NCBI GenBank assembly: GCA_965247095.1
Contig: OZ251997.1
Span: 1,184,001 to 1,248,000, forward strand
DNA length: 64,000 nt
DNA from: Candidatus Multivorans sp.
Lineage (GTDB): Bacteria > Acidobacteriota > Thermoanaerobaculia > Multivoradales > Multivoraceae
Direction: 5' to 3'
Shown here one piece after another: positions 49,938 to 58,992 of the stretch (positions are counted from its first letter, which is position 1; the number at the start of each line of letters is the position of its first letter). The notes beneath the pieces were generated by a model. That model did not search any database. It was not told where the DNA came from and was given only the letters and a program-made list of their open reading frames with translations. Made by a program: the position numbers and the translations under genes.

Positions 49938-50216
49938 GTGGAACTCGCAATCACCAAGGCCAAGGCGCGCCTCTCCGAACTCGTGACCGCCGCCCAAAAC
50001 GGCGAGCGGGTCGTCATCACGAAGCGCAGCGAGCCCGCCGTCGAACTCGTCGGCTGCGCCGAGCGCCGCAAGGCTGGCTTCGAATGGGACAAGTGGGAGG
50101 CGACGCGCCGCCGGCTTGGAATCAAGGATGCGCCTCCTGAAGAGGCCAAGGCGATGCGGGATGCGTTCCACGACGCCGCGCTGAGCCGGCGTGTCCTCGG
50201 CCTCGAAGACGATTAG
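49938..50216 (+). CDS. Phd/YefM-family antitoxin 2 (paralog of antitoxin 1)
   Basis: ELAITKAKARLSELVTAAQNGERVVITK identical to copy 1; AGGAGG RBS. Confidence 0.88.
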   Translation: MELAITKAKARLSELVTAAQNGERVVITKRSEPAVELVGCAERRKAGFEWDKWEATRRRLGIKDAPPEEAKAMRDAFHDAALSRRVLGLEDD

Positions 50217-50238
50217 GTCCCCCAGGGACGTCTCGGAA

Positions 50239-50630
50239 GTGCGTGTCCTCCTTGACACGTCGTTCTTGTACGACCTGATGGAGTCCTACGGTGAGTTCCC
50301 GGAGTCGATTGGGGTCTTTCTCGAGGAGCACGGGGCCGACCTGTCGTGAGCGCGGTCTCGATCTGGGAGATGAGGCTGAAGTACCGAGCGCTCCATCCCT
50401 CGGGTGACCGCAAGAGCCCCTACGATCCGAATCAGGTAGTCGCCATGCTCAAGGGCCACAAGGCGAATTTCGTACCCCTTAAGGCGCAGCACGCTGCGTG
50501 CGAACTCGAGACCCCGATTCCCCATAAGGACCCCTTCGACGAGCTGCTGCTCGTGCAGGCCCAGGAAGAGGGTCTCAAGTTTCTCACCGAGGATCGGCAG
50601 CTTTCGGGACACCCGCTGGCCGTCACGCCT
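50239..50630 (+). pseudogene. VapC/PIN toxin 2, frameshifted and lacking its stop codon
   Basis: VRVLLDTS...GADLS* in one frame and VSAVSIWEM...DPFD...HPLAVTP in another (1-nt gap near 50345); no stop after AVTP. Confidence 0.8.
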
Positions 50631-50646
50631 ACAGTCTCGAGAATCC

Positions 50647-51408
50647 TTGACCGGGGGGACCCGCGAGCTACCGTACCGCTCCCGAGTGTTCCCATTGCCC
50701 AAGACACACCTGATCGAACACCAGGACGCTACGGAAGACGACCATCTCGACTTCATCGTGTGGGTCCTGTCGTTCTTCGTCGGCATGCGACTGACGACGA
50801 CCGAGGCGGGCTTTCTCGACGCCACTCCGATACGCAGAGGAATGCTCGTCGATTTCGTCTTGGTGGGCCAAAGCCTGATTCGAGCGCTCGAACTCGCCGA
50901 CTTGTTCTGGACCGAGAACCCTCCCGAGACGCGCAATGCCCAGCGCTTTGAGGCGGCAGTGAACGCCCTGTTTCTCGGCCAGTATCCGCAGGCCTTGCAA
51001 TTCGAGAGGTTCATCTACCTCTACACGGCGATTGACGCGTGCTATCGCTTGACGGCAGCCCTCAGGAACTTCAAGAACCGGCACTCCCATAGTCAAAGGA
51101 TCGAGCGGATGTGCCAAGAACTCGGAGTCGAGATACCAGCTTGGGCCGAGTCCTCGGAGACTGATCTGGGAACAACCAAAGTGTCGCCGATCCGGAACGA
51201 CGCCCTGCACGAAGCCCTATTCAAGGGCGAGCCGTTCGGCTTCGCAGTGCACAGGTTCAACTCCGAAGGAAGACCCGAACTCCCAATCGACTTCGAGATG
51301 AGAAACCTCGTGTGCCGATTGCTCGTCGCACTCATCGGCGGAAACGATCTCTCCTACCTCAAGTCGCCGGTGAACTCCCGGCAACGCCGCGGTCTCACTC
51401 TGAGCTGA
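50647..51408 (+). CDS. Hypothetical protein with HEPN-like RxxxxH motif, probably 5'-truncated
   Basis: FIYLYTAIDAC...IRNDALHEA; no RBS; lower GC than the flanks. Confidence 0.55.
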   Translation: MTGGTRELPYRSRVFPLPKTHLIEHQDATEDDHLDFIVWVLSFFVGMRLTTTEAGFLDATPIRRGMLVDFVLVGQSLIRALELADLFWTENPPETRNAQRFEAAVNALFLGQYPQALQFERFIYLYTAIDACYRLTAALRNFKNRHSHSQRIERMCQELGVEIPAWAESSETDLGTTKVSPIRNDALHEALFKGEPFGFAVHRFNSEGRPELPIDFEMRNLVCRLLVALIGGNDLSYLKSPVNSRQRRGLTLS

Positions 51409-51470
51409 GCGATTGTGGAGTGCCGCCCGGCAGGCGCACTTCTTCTATCTCCCCTAGCGGGGCAACCGAC

Positions 51471-52511
51471 CTACAGCACCGCCTCCGCGATCGCGTCCAG
51501 GGCTTCCGGCTGCTGGCAGCCGAGCAGCATCGAGGCGACGTGGCCCTTGCCGGCGGCTTCCTTCCACGCCGCCAGACGGTCGATGATCCGCTCCTTCGGG
51601 CCGACCAGGGCGACGTCGTCGACAAGGGCGTCGGGCACGGCGCCGATCGCCTCGCTCCGCTTGCCGCCGAGGAAGTTGTCCTGGATCGCCCTGGCCTCGT
51701 CCGGGTAGCCGAGGCGCTTGGCGTAGTCGTTGTAGAAGTTCTTGTCGCGCGCGCCCATGCCGCCGATGTAGAGGGCCATGTTCCTCTTGACCGGTGTCCG
51801 GCACTGCTCCACGTCGTTTCCCATGACGACGGTGACGAAGGGCATGACCTTGAAGTCGTCGAGGCTCTTGCCGTTGCCGGCCTTGGCCAGGCCGCGATCG
51901 ATGGCGTCCTCGAACACGTCGAAGCGTTCCGGGTTCATCCACACGGGGAACACGCCGTCGGCGACTTCGGCGCTGCACTCGACGCCCTTGGCGCTGATCG
52001 AGGCGGTGTAGATCGGGATCGACGTATCGGCCGCCAGGATGCTCTTGAGCGGCTTGCCGAGACCCGTGCCGTCCTCGCCCCGGTACGGCAACTGGTAGTG
52101 GTAGCCGTCGTGGGTGACCGGCGCCTCCCGGGCGAAGACCTTGCGCATGATCTCGATGTACTCCTTCGTGCGCGTCAGCGGACGGCCGTAGGCGACGCCG
52201 TGCCAACCCTCGATCACCTGAGGGCCGGACGGTCCGAGACCGAGCAGGAAACGTCCGCCGGAAAGCTGGTTCAGGGTCATCGCCGTCATCGCGGTCATCG
52301 CGGGGCTGCGCGCCGGCATCTGCATGATCGCCGTGCCGACCTTGATCTTCTCGGTCTGGGCGAGGATCCACGCCGCCGGCGTCACCGCGTCGGAGCCGTA
52401 GGCCTCGGCCGTCCAGACGGACGTGAAACCGGCGCTCTCCGCCTGGCGGATGCGGTCGATCGGGAGTTTCATCTGGCTGCCGAAGGCGCCGGCGAGCAGT
52501 CCTAGTTCCAT
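51471..52511 (-). CDS. LLM-class F420-dependent oxidoreductase
   Basis: WTAEAYGSDA, GTAIMQMPAR, GLGPSGPQVIEGWHG, LYIGGMGARDKNFY. Confidence 0.9.
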   Translation of the reverse strand: MELGLLAGAFGSQMKLPIDRIRQAESAGFTSVWTAEAYGSDAVTPAAWILAQTEKIKVGTAIMQMPARSPAMTAMTAMTLNQLSGGRFLLGLGPSGPQVIEGWHGVAYGRPLTRTKEYIEIMRKVFAREAPVTHDGYHYQLPYRGEDGTGLGKPLKSILAADTSIPIYTASISAKGVECSAEVADGVFPVWMNPERFDVFEDAIDRGLAKAGNGKSLDDFKVMPFVTVVMGNDVEQCRTPVKRNMALYIGGMGARDKNFYNDYAKRLGYPDEARAIQDNFLGGKRSEAIGAVPDALVDDVALVGPKERIIDRLAAWKEAAGKGHVASMLLGCQQPEALDAIAEAVL

Positions 52512-52722
52512 GGTCCGGTCTCCAAAGTCACTGGTTTCTTTGTGGGTTCCTGGAGCGAAACGGGCGCGCCGCCAGAAGCTTGGGCCGCAGAACGTAGCGG
52601 AGTGAGTTCCAAGGCGCAAGGTCTAAGGTGAGGTGGGGGCTGGGGCCAAACACGGAGTCTGCGACGAGTTTGGCGGCGAGCAGCCCTCCGGGCGGCCGGC
52701 GCGTCGGGCATAGACTCCGGCC

Positions 52723-53553
52723 ATGTCACCGGTCAGCGAACCGCCCGGCCAGGGCGACGCGAGAGGCGCACGCAGGCCCCGCAGCCAGGTGCTGTGGCCC
52801 CTTGCCTTCGTCACGCTGACCCTGGGGTTGATCGTGGTGATCGTCATCGGCTTCGTGATCATCCGCGTCATGTCCATCCCGGGGGACGTGGTCTCGGGCA
52901 CCCGCGAACTCGCTCGCGATGCGGCCCTTGCCGTCGAACGGATTGCAGAGGCGTTTCAAACCGGCACCGTCCAGACTTCGTTCGTGAGCTACGCCACGGA
53001 GATCTCGGGCAGCGCCTTTCTCCAGTTCGCGACTCTCGACCAGACCGAGGTGCTGCAGCGCACCGACTCGGCCAGCCTGCTGTGGGGCCGGCTCAGGCTG
53101 CCGGACGTCATGGTCGAGGCGCGGGTTCCGGTCCGCTACACCTACTACCTGGACCTTGAGGCCGAGTGGCTGCTGACCCTCGAGGGAACGACGGTCACCG
53201 TACTGGCGCCCGGCGTGCGCGCGAACCGGCCGGCCGTGGACGCCTCGGCGATCGAGTACCGGGTGCAGGCGGATTCGGTCCTTCGCGACGCGGACGCGGT
53301 GCTCGAGCAGCTCCGTCTCCGCATCTCGGACCAGTTGGCCGCCCGCGCCGGCGAGAACATCGCTCTGGTGCGCGAATTGGGGCGCCGCAAGACGGCCGAT
53401 TTCGTGCGCACGTTCCTGCTCGCGCAGTTCGGCGACGACGTGGAGAGCTACCGGATCGAGGTGCGTTTCCGCGACGAGGTCGACGGCCTGCCCGCGTCGC
53501 CCGAGCCTGACCTCGGGCTTTCGCAGGGTGTGACCGAGGAAGAGCGGAATTGA
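52723..53553 (+). CDS. Hypothetical single-pass membrane protein (DUF4230-like)
   Basis: One N-terminal TM segment, VPVRYTYYLDL beta-rich domain. Confidence 0.65.
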   Translation: MSPVSEPPGQGDARGARRPRSQVLWPLAFVTLTLGLIVVIVIGFVIIRVMSIPGDVVSGTRELARDAALAVERIAEAFQTGTVQTSFVSYATEISGSAFLQFATLDQTEVLQRTDSASLLWGRLRLPDVMVEARVPVRYTYYLDLEAEWLLTLEGTTVTVLAPGVRANRPAVDASAIEYRVQADSVLRDADAVLEQLRLRISDQLAARAGENIALVRELGRRKTADFVRTFLLAQFGDDVESYRIEVRFRDEVDGLPASPEPDLGLSQGVTEEERN

Positions 53554-54857
53554 CTGACCGGCTGGCGCGCCGGCGCCAGCGACTCCGGGCGCGACAGGCG
53601 GACCGTTTCGGCCGCATGGCGGAGCAGGTCCACGTCCACAACCGCTTCTACCGCGCGAAGTGGATGGCCGCCGGGTTCGACCGCCCGCCCACGCTGGACG
53701 ACTTGAGGGATCTGCCGTTCACCACCAAGGACGAACTCGCCGCCGACCAGAACACGAGTTCGCCTTGGGGCACCAACCTCACCTTCCCGCTCGATCGCTA
53801 CGTCAGGGTCCACCGCACTTCGGGAACCACCGGCCAACCCCTCCGCTGGCTCGACACGCCGGCGAGCTGGCAGTGGTTCCTCGACTGCTGGCTCGCGGTC
53901 TATGAGGGCGCCGGCGTTACTCCCGCTGACCGGGTCTTCACGGCCTTCGGTTTCGGTCCCTTCATCGGCTTCTGGACCGCGTTCGAGGCGGCGCAGCAGC
54001 TTGGCTGTCTGGTCATGCCGGGAGGTCACCTCAGCACCGAGCAGCGGCTGCGGCTCATGCTCGATGACCAGGCCACGGCGCTGCTGTCGACACCGACCTA
54101 CGCCCTGCGCCTGCTGGAGGTCGCGTCCCGCCTCGGCGTCGACATCGCTGGCAGCACCGTCCAACGAACGATCCATGCCGGCGAGCCGGGCGCGGGCGTC
54201 CCGGCAGTCAAACGCCAACTCGCTGAGGGATTCGGCGCCCAGGTCTTCGACCACGCCGGCGCCACGGAGGTCGGCGCCTGGGGCATTCCCTGCGGCGTCG
54301 CCGAACACCTTCACATCCACGAGGAGGAGTTCGTCGTCGAGTGGCTCGACCGGTCCACCGGCGAACTGATCGAGCCGCTCGATCCCGAATCGCACGCGCA
54401 TGAGGACCCAGTCCTCGGCGAACTCGTACTGACCAACCTGGGCCGGATCGGCAGCCCCGCCGTCCGTTACCGCACCGGCGACGTCGGTCGCCTGTACGCC
54501 GCCGGCTGTCCCTGCGGCCGCCCGACCGTGTACCTCGACGGCGGCGTTCTCGCACGTGCCGACGACATGTTCATCGTCCGCGGCGTCAACGTCTACCCGA
54601 GCGCGGTCGACGCGCTGATCCGCGAGGCCGGCGGCATCGTCGAGTACCGCGCCAAGGTGCGGCGACGCCGGCAGATGGTCGAGGTCGAACTGGAGGTCGA
54701 ACCGGAACCAGGCCGGGACGCCGGAGTTGTCCGGGCCCGGCTCCAGGAGCTGTTTCAGGAGCGCCTCAGCCTGCGGGTACCGGTGCGGATCGCGGCCGCC
54801 GGCTCCCTGCCCCGCTACGAACTGAAGGCAAACCGGCTGACGTTCGAGACGACGTAG
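53550..54857 (+). CDS. Phenylacetate--CoA ligase-like adenylating enzyme
   Basis: LPFTTKDEL, TSGTTG.P, AGEPG, GATEVG, RYRTGD, RGVNVYPS. Confidence 0.88.
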   Translation: MTDRLARRRQRLRARQADRFGRMAEQVHVHNRFYRAKWMAAGFDRPPTLDDLRDLPFTTKDELAADQNTSSPWGTNLTFPLDRYVRVHRTSGTTGQPLRWLDTPASWQWFLDCWLAVYEGAGVTPADRVFTAFGFGPFIGFWTAFEAAQQLGCLVMPGGHLSTEQRLRLMLDDQATALLSTPTYALRLLEVASRLGVDIAGSTVQRTIHAGEPGAGVPAVKRQLAEGFGAQVFDHAGATEVGAWGIPCGVAEHLHIHEEEFVVEWLDRSTGELIEPLDPESHAHEDPVLGELVLTNLGRIGSPAVRYRTGDVGRLYAAGCPCGRPTVYLDGGVLARADDMFIVRGVNVYPSAVDALIREAGGIVEYRAKVRRRRQMVEVELEVEPEPGRDAGVVRARLQELFQERLSLRVPVRIAAAGSLPRYELKANRLTFETT

Positions 54858-54968
54858 CTGCAGCCAAACCGCCGACCAGCGCAGCCGCACCATGGACGGA
54901 AGCTACGAGCATGAACGGTAGGGCCGCCCTACTTTGGTTCCAGCAGGTTCTCGACGCATAATCAACCG

Positions 54969-55640
54969 ATGCCGCACGTCAAACGCATCCTCTGCTCCCG
55001 GAAACTGAGCGGGCGGTGTCTCGCCGGGCGGGAGTTCGACGGGCTCAAGGCGGGGCCGTGGATCCGGCCAGTTAGCGACCGCGAGCACGAGGAGGTCTCC
55101 GAGTACGAACGCCAGTACGAGGACGGAAGCGATCCGCGGGTTCTCGACGTGGTCGACGTACCGCTCCGCGAACCGCGTCCAAGCGGATACCAGGTTGAAA
55201 ACTGGCTGCTCGATCCGGAGTACTACTGGCAGAAAGCGGGGCGACTGCCCCAGACTGAGCTGCCGAAGTTCAGCGAGCCGCACCGGACTCTCTGGATCGA
55301 CGGGCACAGCACTAGGACCGGTAGGAACGACAAGATCCCGCTGGACCTCCTGCCGTGTGTCCAGAGTTCGCTCTGCCTGATCCATGTCGACACCCTGACA
55401 CTCGCCGTGTTCGCGCCAAGCGAGGCCTTCGGCAACCCGAAGCGCCGGGTGCAGGGTCGCTTCGCGCATGCCGGCAGCGACTACGCCTTCTGGGTCACTG
55501 ACCCGTCCTTCGAGAGGAAGTACCTGGCGCAGCCTGATGCCAACTACGAGATCGGCGAGAGCTACCTGACCGTCAGCGTGGGCGAGCCCTACCGCGATGC
55601 CTGCTACAAGCTGATCGCAGCCGTGATCGAGATCGACTGA
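54969..55640 (+). CDS. Dual OB-fold domain protein
   Basis: SRKLSGRCLAG, WIRPVS, YQVENW, SSL.LI, VTDP..E, LTVS.GEP..CYKLIAAV pattern. Confidence 0.75.
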   Translation: MPHVKRILCSRKLSGRCLAGREFDGLKAGPWIRPVSDREHEEVSEYERQYEDGSDPRVLDVVDVPLREPRPSGYQVENWLLDPEYYWQKAGRLPQTELPKFSEPHRTLWIDGHSTRTGRNDKIPLDLLPCVQSSLCLIHVDTLTLAVFAPSEAFGNPKRRVQGRFAHAGSDYAFWVTDPSFERKYLAQPDANYEIGESYLTVSVGEPYRDACYKLIAAVIEID

Positions 55641-55647
55641 GACATCG

Positions 55648-56292
55648 ATGAGGCGCACTCACTGCTCCACGGTCTTCACCGTCGGCCATTCGAACCACCC
55701 GATCGAACGGTTCGAGGAACTGCTGCACATGTATGGAGTCACGGCCGTCGCCGACGTTCGCTCGGCGCCCTACAGCCGTTTCAGTCCGCAGTTCAACAAG
55801 GAAGAACTCTCCGCATGGCTGCACGACACTGGCATCGCCTACGTGTTCCTGGGGCGCGAGCTGGGTGGCCGCTCCGGCGATCCGTCCGACTACGAGGACG
55901 GGCGCGTCCGTTACGACCGGTTGGTGGCGAAACCGACCTTCGAATCCGGCATCGAACGTGTCCTGCGTGGGGCGTCGGTGGAGAGAATTGCCCTACTCTG
56001 CACTGAACGGGAACCGCTCGACTGCCACCGCACTTTGCTCGTCGCCCGCGTCCTGGCCGAGCGGGGTGTCCGTATTGAGCACATCCTCGCCGACGGCTCT
56101 TTGGAGAACCACGACCAGACGATGGACCGTCTGCTCGAGATGACAGGCCTGAAGCAGGCGAGCCTGTTCAACCGGGCCGGCGCGAGTGTCCGCAAAGCCG
56201 TCGACCCGATCACCGAAGCCATCGCGCTGCGCGCGGCACAGGTAGGCCACACGCGGACCGAACCGCCCACCAAGCACGAATCGAGACGCTGA
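55648..56292 (+). CDS. DUF488 family protein (long type)
   Basis: TVGHSN, DVRSAPYSR..PQFN, LGGR, LLCTE.EP..CHR. Confidence 0.88.
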   Translation: MRRTHCSTVFTVGHSNHPIERFEELLHMYGVTAVADVRSAPYSRFSPQFNKEELSAWLHDTGIAYVFLGRELGGRSGDPSDYEDGRVRYDRLVAKPTFESGIERVLRGASVERIALLCTEREPLDCHRTLLVARVLAERGVRIEHILADGSLENHDQTMDRLLEMTGLKQASLFNRAGASVRKAVDPITEAIALRAAQVGHTRTEPPTKHESRR

Positions 56293-56729
56293 TGAGACTT
56301 TCCACAATCGGCTTCACGAAGAAGCCGGCATCCCGCTTCTTTAGCCTCCTGCGCAATTCCGGCGCCAAGAGGGTCGTCGATGTGCGGCTCCACAACGTGT
56401 CTCAGCTCGCCGGCTTTGCCAAGCGAGACGATCTGGCCTACTTTCTCCGCGAGATCTGCGGCATGGAGTACATCCACGTCCCGGAACTCGCCCCCACGAA
56501 GGACATCCTCGACGACTACAAGAAGCGCCACGGCGACTGGGAGACCTACGAGGTCCGCTTCCGCAAGCTAATGCGCGAACGCCGCATCGAGGAAACGGTC
56601 ACGAGAGAGATCATCTCGGAAGGCTGCCTCCTGTGCAGCGAGCACGAACCTCACCACTGCCACCGCCGCCTGGTCGCGGAGTACCTGAACGAACACTGGG
56701 GCGACATCGACGTAGCCCACTTGCAGTAG
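56292..56729 (+). CDS. DUF488 family protein (short type)
   Basis: TIGFTKK, DVRL.N.SQLAGFAK, LAP, LLCSE.EP..CHRRLVAEYL; TGATG coupling to the upstream gene. Confidence 0.88.
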   Translation: MRLSTIGFTKKPASRFFSLLRNSGAKRVVDVRLHNVSQLAGFAKRDDLAYFLREICGMEYIHVPELAPTKDILDDYKKRHGDWETYEVRFRKLMRERRIEETVTREIISEGCLLCSEHEPHHCHRRLVAEYLNEHWGDIDVAHLQ

Positions 56730-56784
56730 GCCGTCCTGATCTGAGGACCAGCCTTGCTCCAGGCCCCCGACCCCCTTGGCTAGG

Positions 56785-58992
56785 CTAGGCCTGAACAACC
56801 ACCGGTCGGTTCAGGAACGCCAGCGCCGCGAACAGGACCGCGCCCAGACCATTCACCGCGATGCCCAGCGCGGGACCGCCCAGGTCGGGGACGAGCAGCA
56901 GAGCCGCGGCGACCAGCATCAGCGCCCGCAGCGGCGGACTCAGCGCGGCGCGCAGATAGCCGCTGATCCCGGCGGCCAGGGCAAGAATCCCGACCACCGC
57001 CGCGCCCAGCGCCAGCAGCAGGGGCGGCAGGCCCGCTGCCCCGGCCGCGAACAGGCTCGCCCCGTCGTCGTCCATCAGCAGCAGTGCCGGCCGGTACACG
57101 AACATGAAGGGCAGGGTGAACCCGACCAGGGAAAAACGGAACGCGGCCAAGGCCGTCGGCATCACCGGCGCCTGCGCCAGGCTGGCACTCGCATAGGCAG
57201 CGAGCGCGACCGGCGGCGTCACCATGGACATCATGCCGAAGTAGAAGATGAACAGGTGCGCGGCGAGCGGGATCACGCCGAGCTCCGACAGCAGCGACCC
57301 CATGAGTGTCGCCATCAGCAGGTAGCAGACCACGGACGGCACGCCCATGCCGAGGACGAGCGACGTGACCATGATCCCGAGCAGGGCCAGGAACAGGTTG
57401 GTCGCCACGACCGACTTGATCGCGGCGCTGAAGTCCACGGCGATCCCGGTCTGCTGCACGATGCCGATGATCGTGCCCACGCAGGCGCTCGCTGCCACCA
57501 GCGCAATCCCGTTGCGCGCCGCCTTGGTCAGCGCACCCAATATGTGCGGCCTCCAGGCGTGATGAATCAGCCCGAACACCAGGAGTCCGAGCATCGCTAC
57601 GATGCCCGAGGACAGCCACGATTCGAAGAGCTGCCGGAACGACGGGTCCGCCGGCGTGTCCGCCCACGCGAGTTGATGGACGATCGCCACCGCCGCGAAG
57701 CAGCCTGATGTCAGGTACCGCAGCCTCCGCGGCAGATCGAGCTCCTTGCGCAGCACGGCCAGGAGCAGGATCACGATCAACGAGCCAGTGACCGCACGGA
57801 ACGGAGAGAAGCGAAGCACCAGCAGCAGGATCAGCGTCCCGAGCGCGGAAACGAAGACGACCGCGTCGAAACGCCGGACCGGCGGCGGCTCGGCCTTCCG
57901 TTCCGGCGTCCCGATCCGTCTCGAGTAGAAGTGGACGATCAGGAAGATCGACAGGTAGAAGAGCACCGCGGGAAGCAGAGCCGCCTGCACGATCTGCAGG
58001 AAGGTCACCTGCGGCTCGACGATCTCGAGCATCATGTACGCGCCGGCGCCCATGACCGGAGGAACCAGCGCGCCGCCCGAGGCGGCGGCGGCCTCGACCG
58101 CGGCGGCGATGTGGCGCTTGAAGCCGTTGCTGCGCATCATCGGGATGGTGAAGGCGCCGGTGGTCACGGCATTCGCGACCGCGCTGCCGGACAGGGAGCC
58201 CAGGAGGCCGCTGCTGATGACGGCCACCTTCGCCGGCCCGCCCGGCTTGGTTCCAAACGCCCGTTCGGCGAAACGCATGATGAACTGCGTCGCTCCGGAC
58301 ATCTCGAGGAAGGCGCCGAAGACAACGAACAGGAAGACGTAGCGGAACATGACCGAGGCGGCCGGGCCGAACACGCCCAGACTCTGCAGGAACGTGGTGC
58401 TGACGACGTCGCGGGGGTTCTGGCCGGCGTGCGGGAAGAGCCAGTCCGGCAGCACCGGCCACCCGTTGCGGAGGCTGTAGAAGCAGTACAGCGTGTGGGC
58501 GACGAAGGCCAGGGCCAGCGCCGGCACGATCCAGCCGATGCTGCGGCGAGCCGCCTCGAGGACGAGCACCAGGCCGATCAGTCCCAGCACGATGTCGGCG
58601 CCGGTCTCGATGCCCGCCCTGTTTCCCAGCGACCTGCCACCCGACCAGAGGTGCTCGAAGGCCGGCTCCGTCTGCACGACGACGTAGGCGCAGGCTGCCG
58701 CGGCGCCAAGTCCGAGAACGAGGTCGAGACAGCGCAGCCAAGCCTTCGAAGCCAGCCTCGAGTGGACCGGGAAGGCGAGAAAGCAGAGCAGCAGACCCGA
58801 GCCGACGAACACCGCCAGGGACGACTGCGGCAGCAGGAGGTTGAAGTTCACCTCGAACAGGACGAAGAAACACAGGCCGACGCCCAGCGCCCCGATCAGG
58901 GCGCGGCGAAGGCTCTCAAGCCGCGCCGGGCCGGCGCCCGGCGCCGCGGCGCCGGCGGCGACTGGCGTAGGGGACTGCTCTGGCGCGCTCAA
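56785..58992 (-). CDS. TRAP transporter fused 4TM/12TM permease
   Basis: GGPAKVAV, SGSAVAN, PPVMGAGA, VTPPVALAAY. Confidence 0.92.
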   Translation of the reverse strand: MSAPEQSPTPVAAGAAAPGAGPARLESLRRALIGALGVGLCFFVLFEVNFNLLLPQSSLAVFVGSGLLLCFLAFPVHSRLASKAWLRCLDLVLGLGAAAACAYVVVQTEPAFEHLWSGGRSLGNRAGIETGADIVLGLIGLVLVLEAARRSIGWIVPALALAFVAHTLYCFYSLRNGWPVLPDWLFPHAGQNPRDVVSTTFLQSLGVFGPAASVMFRYVFLFVVFGAFLEMSGATQFIMRFAERAFGTKPGGPAKVAVISSGLLGSLSGSAVANAVTTGAFTIPMMRSNGFKRHIAAAVEAAAASGGALVPPVMGAGAYMMLEIVEPQVTFLQIVQAALLPAVLFYLSIFLIVHFYSRRIGTPERKAEPPPVRRFDAVVFVSALGTLILLLVLRFSPFRAVTGSLIVILLLAVLRKELDLPRRLRYLTSGCFAAVAIVHQLAWADTPADPSFRQLFESWLSSGIVAMLGLLVFGLIHHAWRPHILGALTKAARNGIALVAASACVGTIIGIVQQTGIAVDFSAAIKSVVATNLFLALLGIMVTSLVLGMGVPSVVCYLLMATLMGSLLSELGVIPLAAHLFIFYFGMMSMVTPPVALAAYASASLAQAPVMPTALAAFRFSLVGFTLPFMFVYRPALLLMDDDGASLFAAGAAGLPPLLLALGAAVVGILALAAGISGYLRAALSPPLRALMLVAAALLLVPDLGGPALGIAVNGLGAVLFAALAFLNRPVVVQA

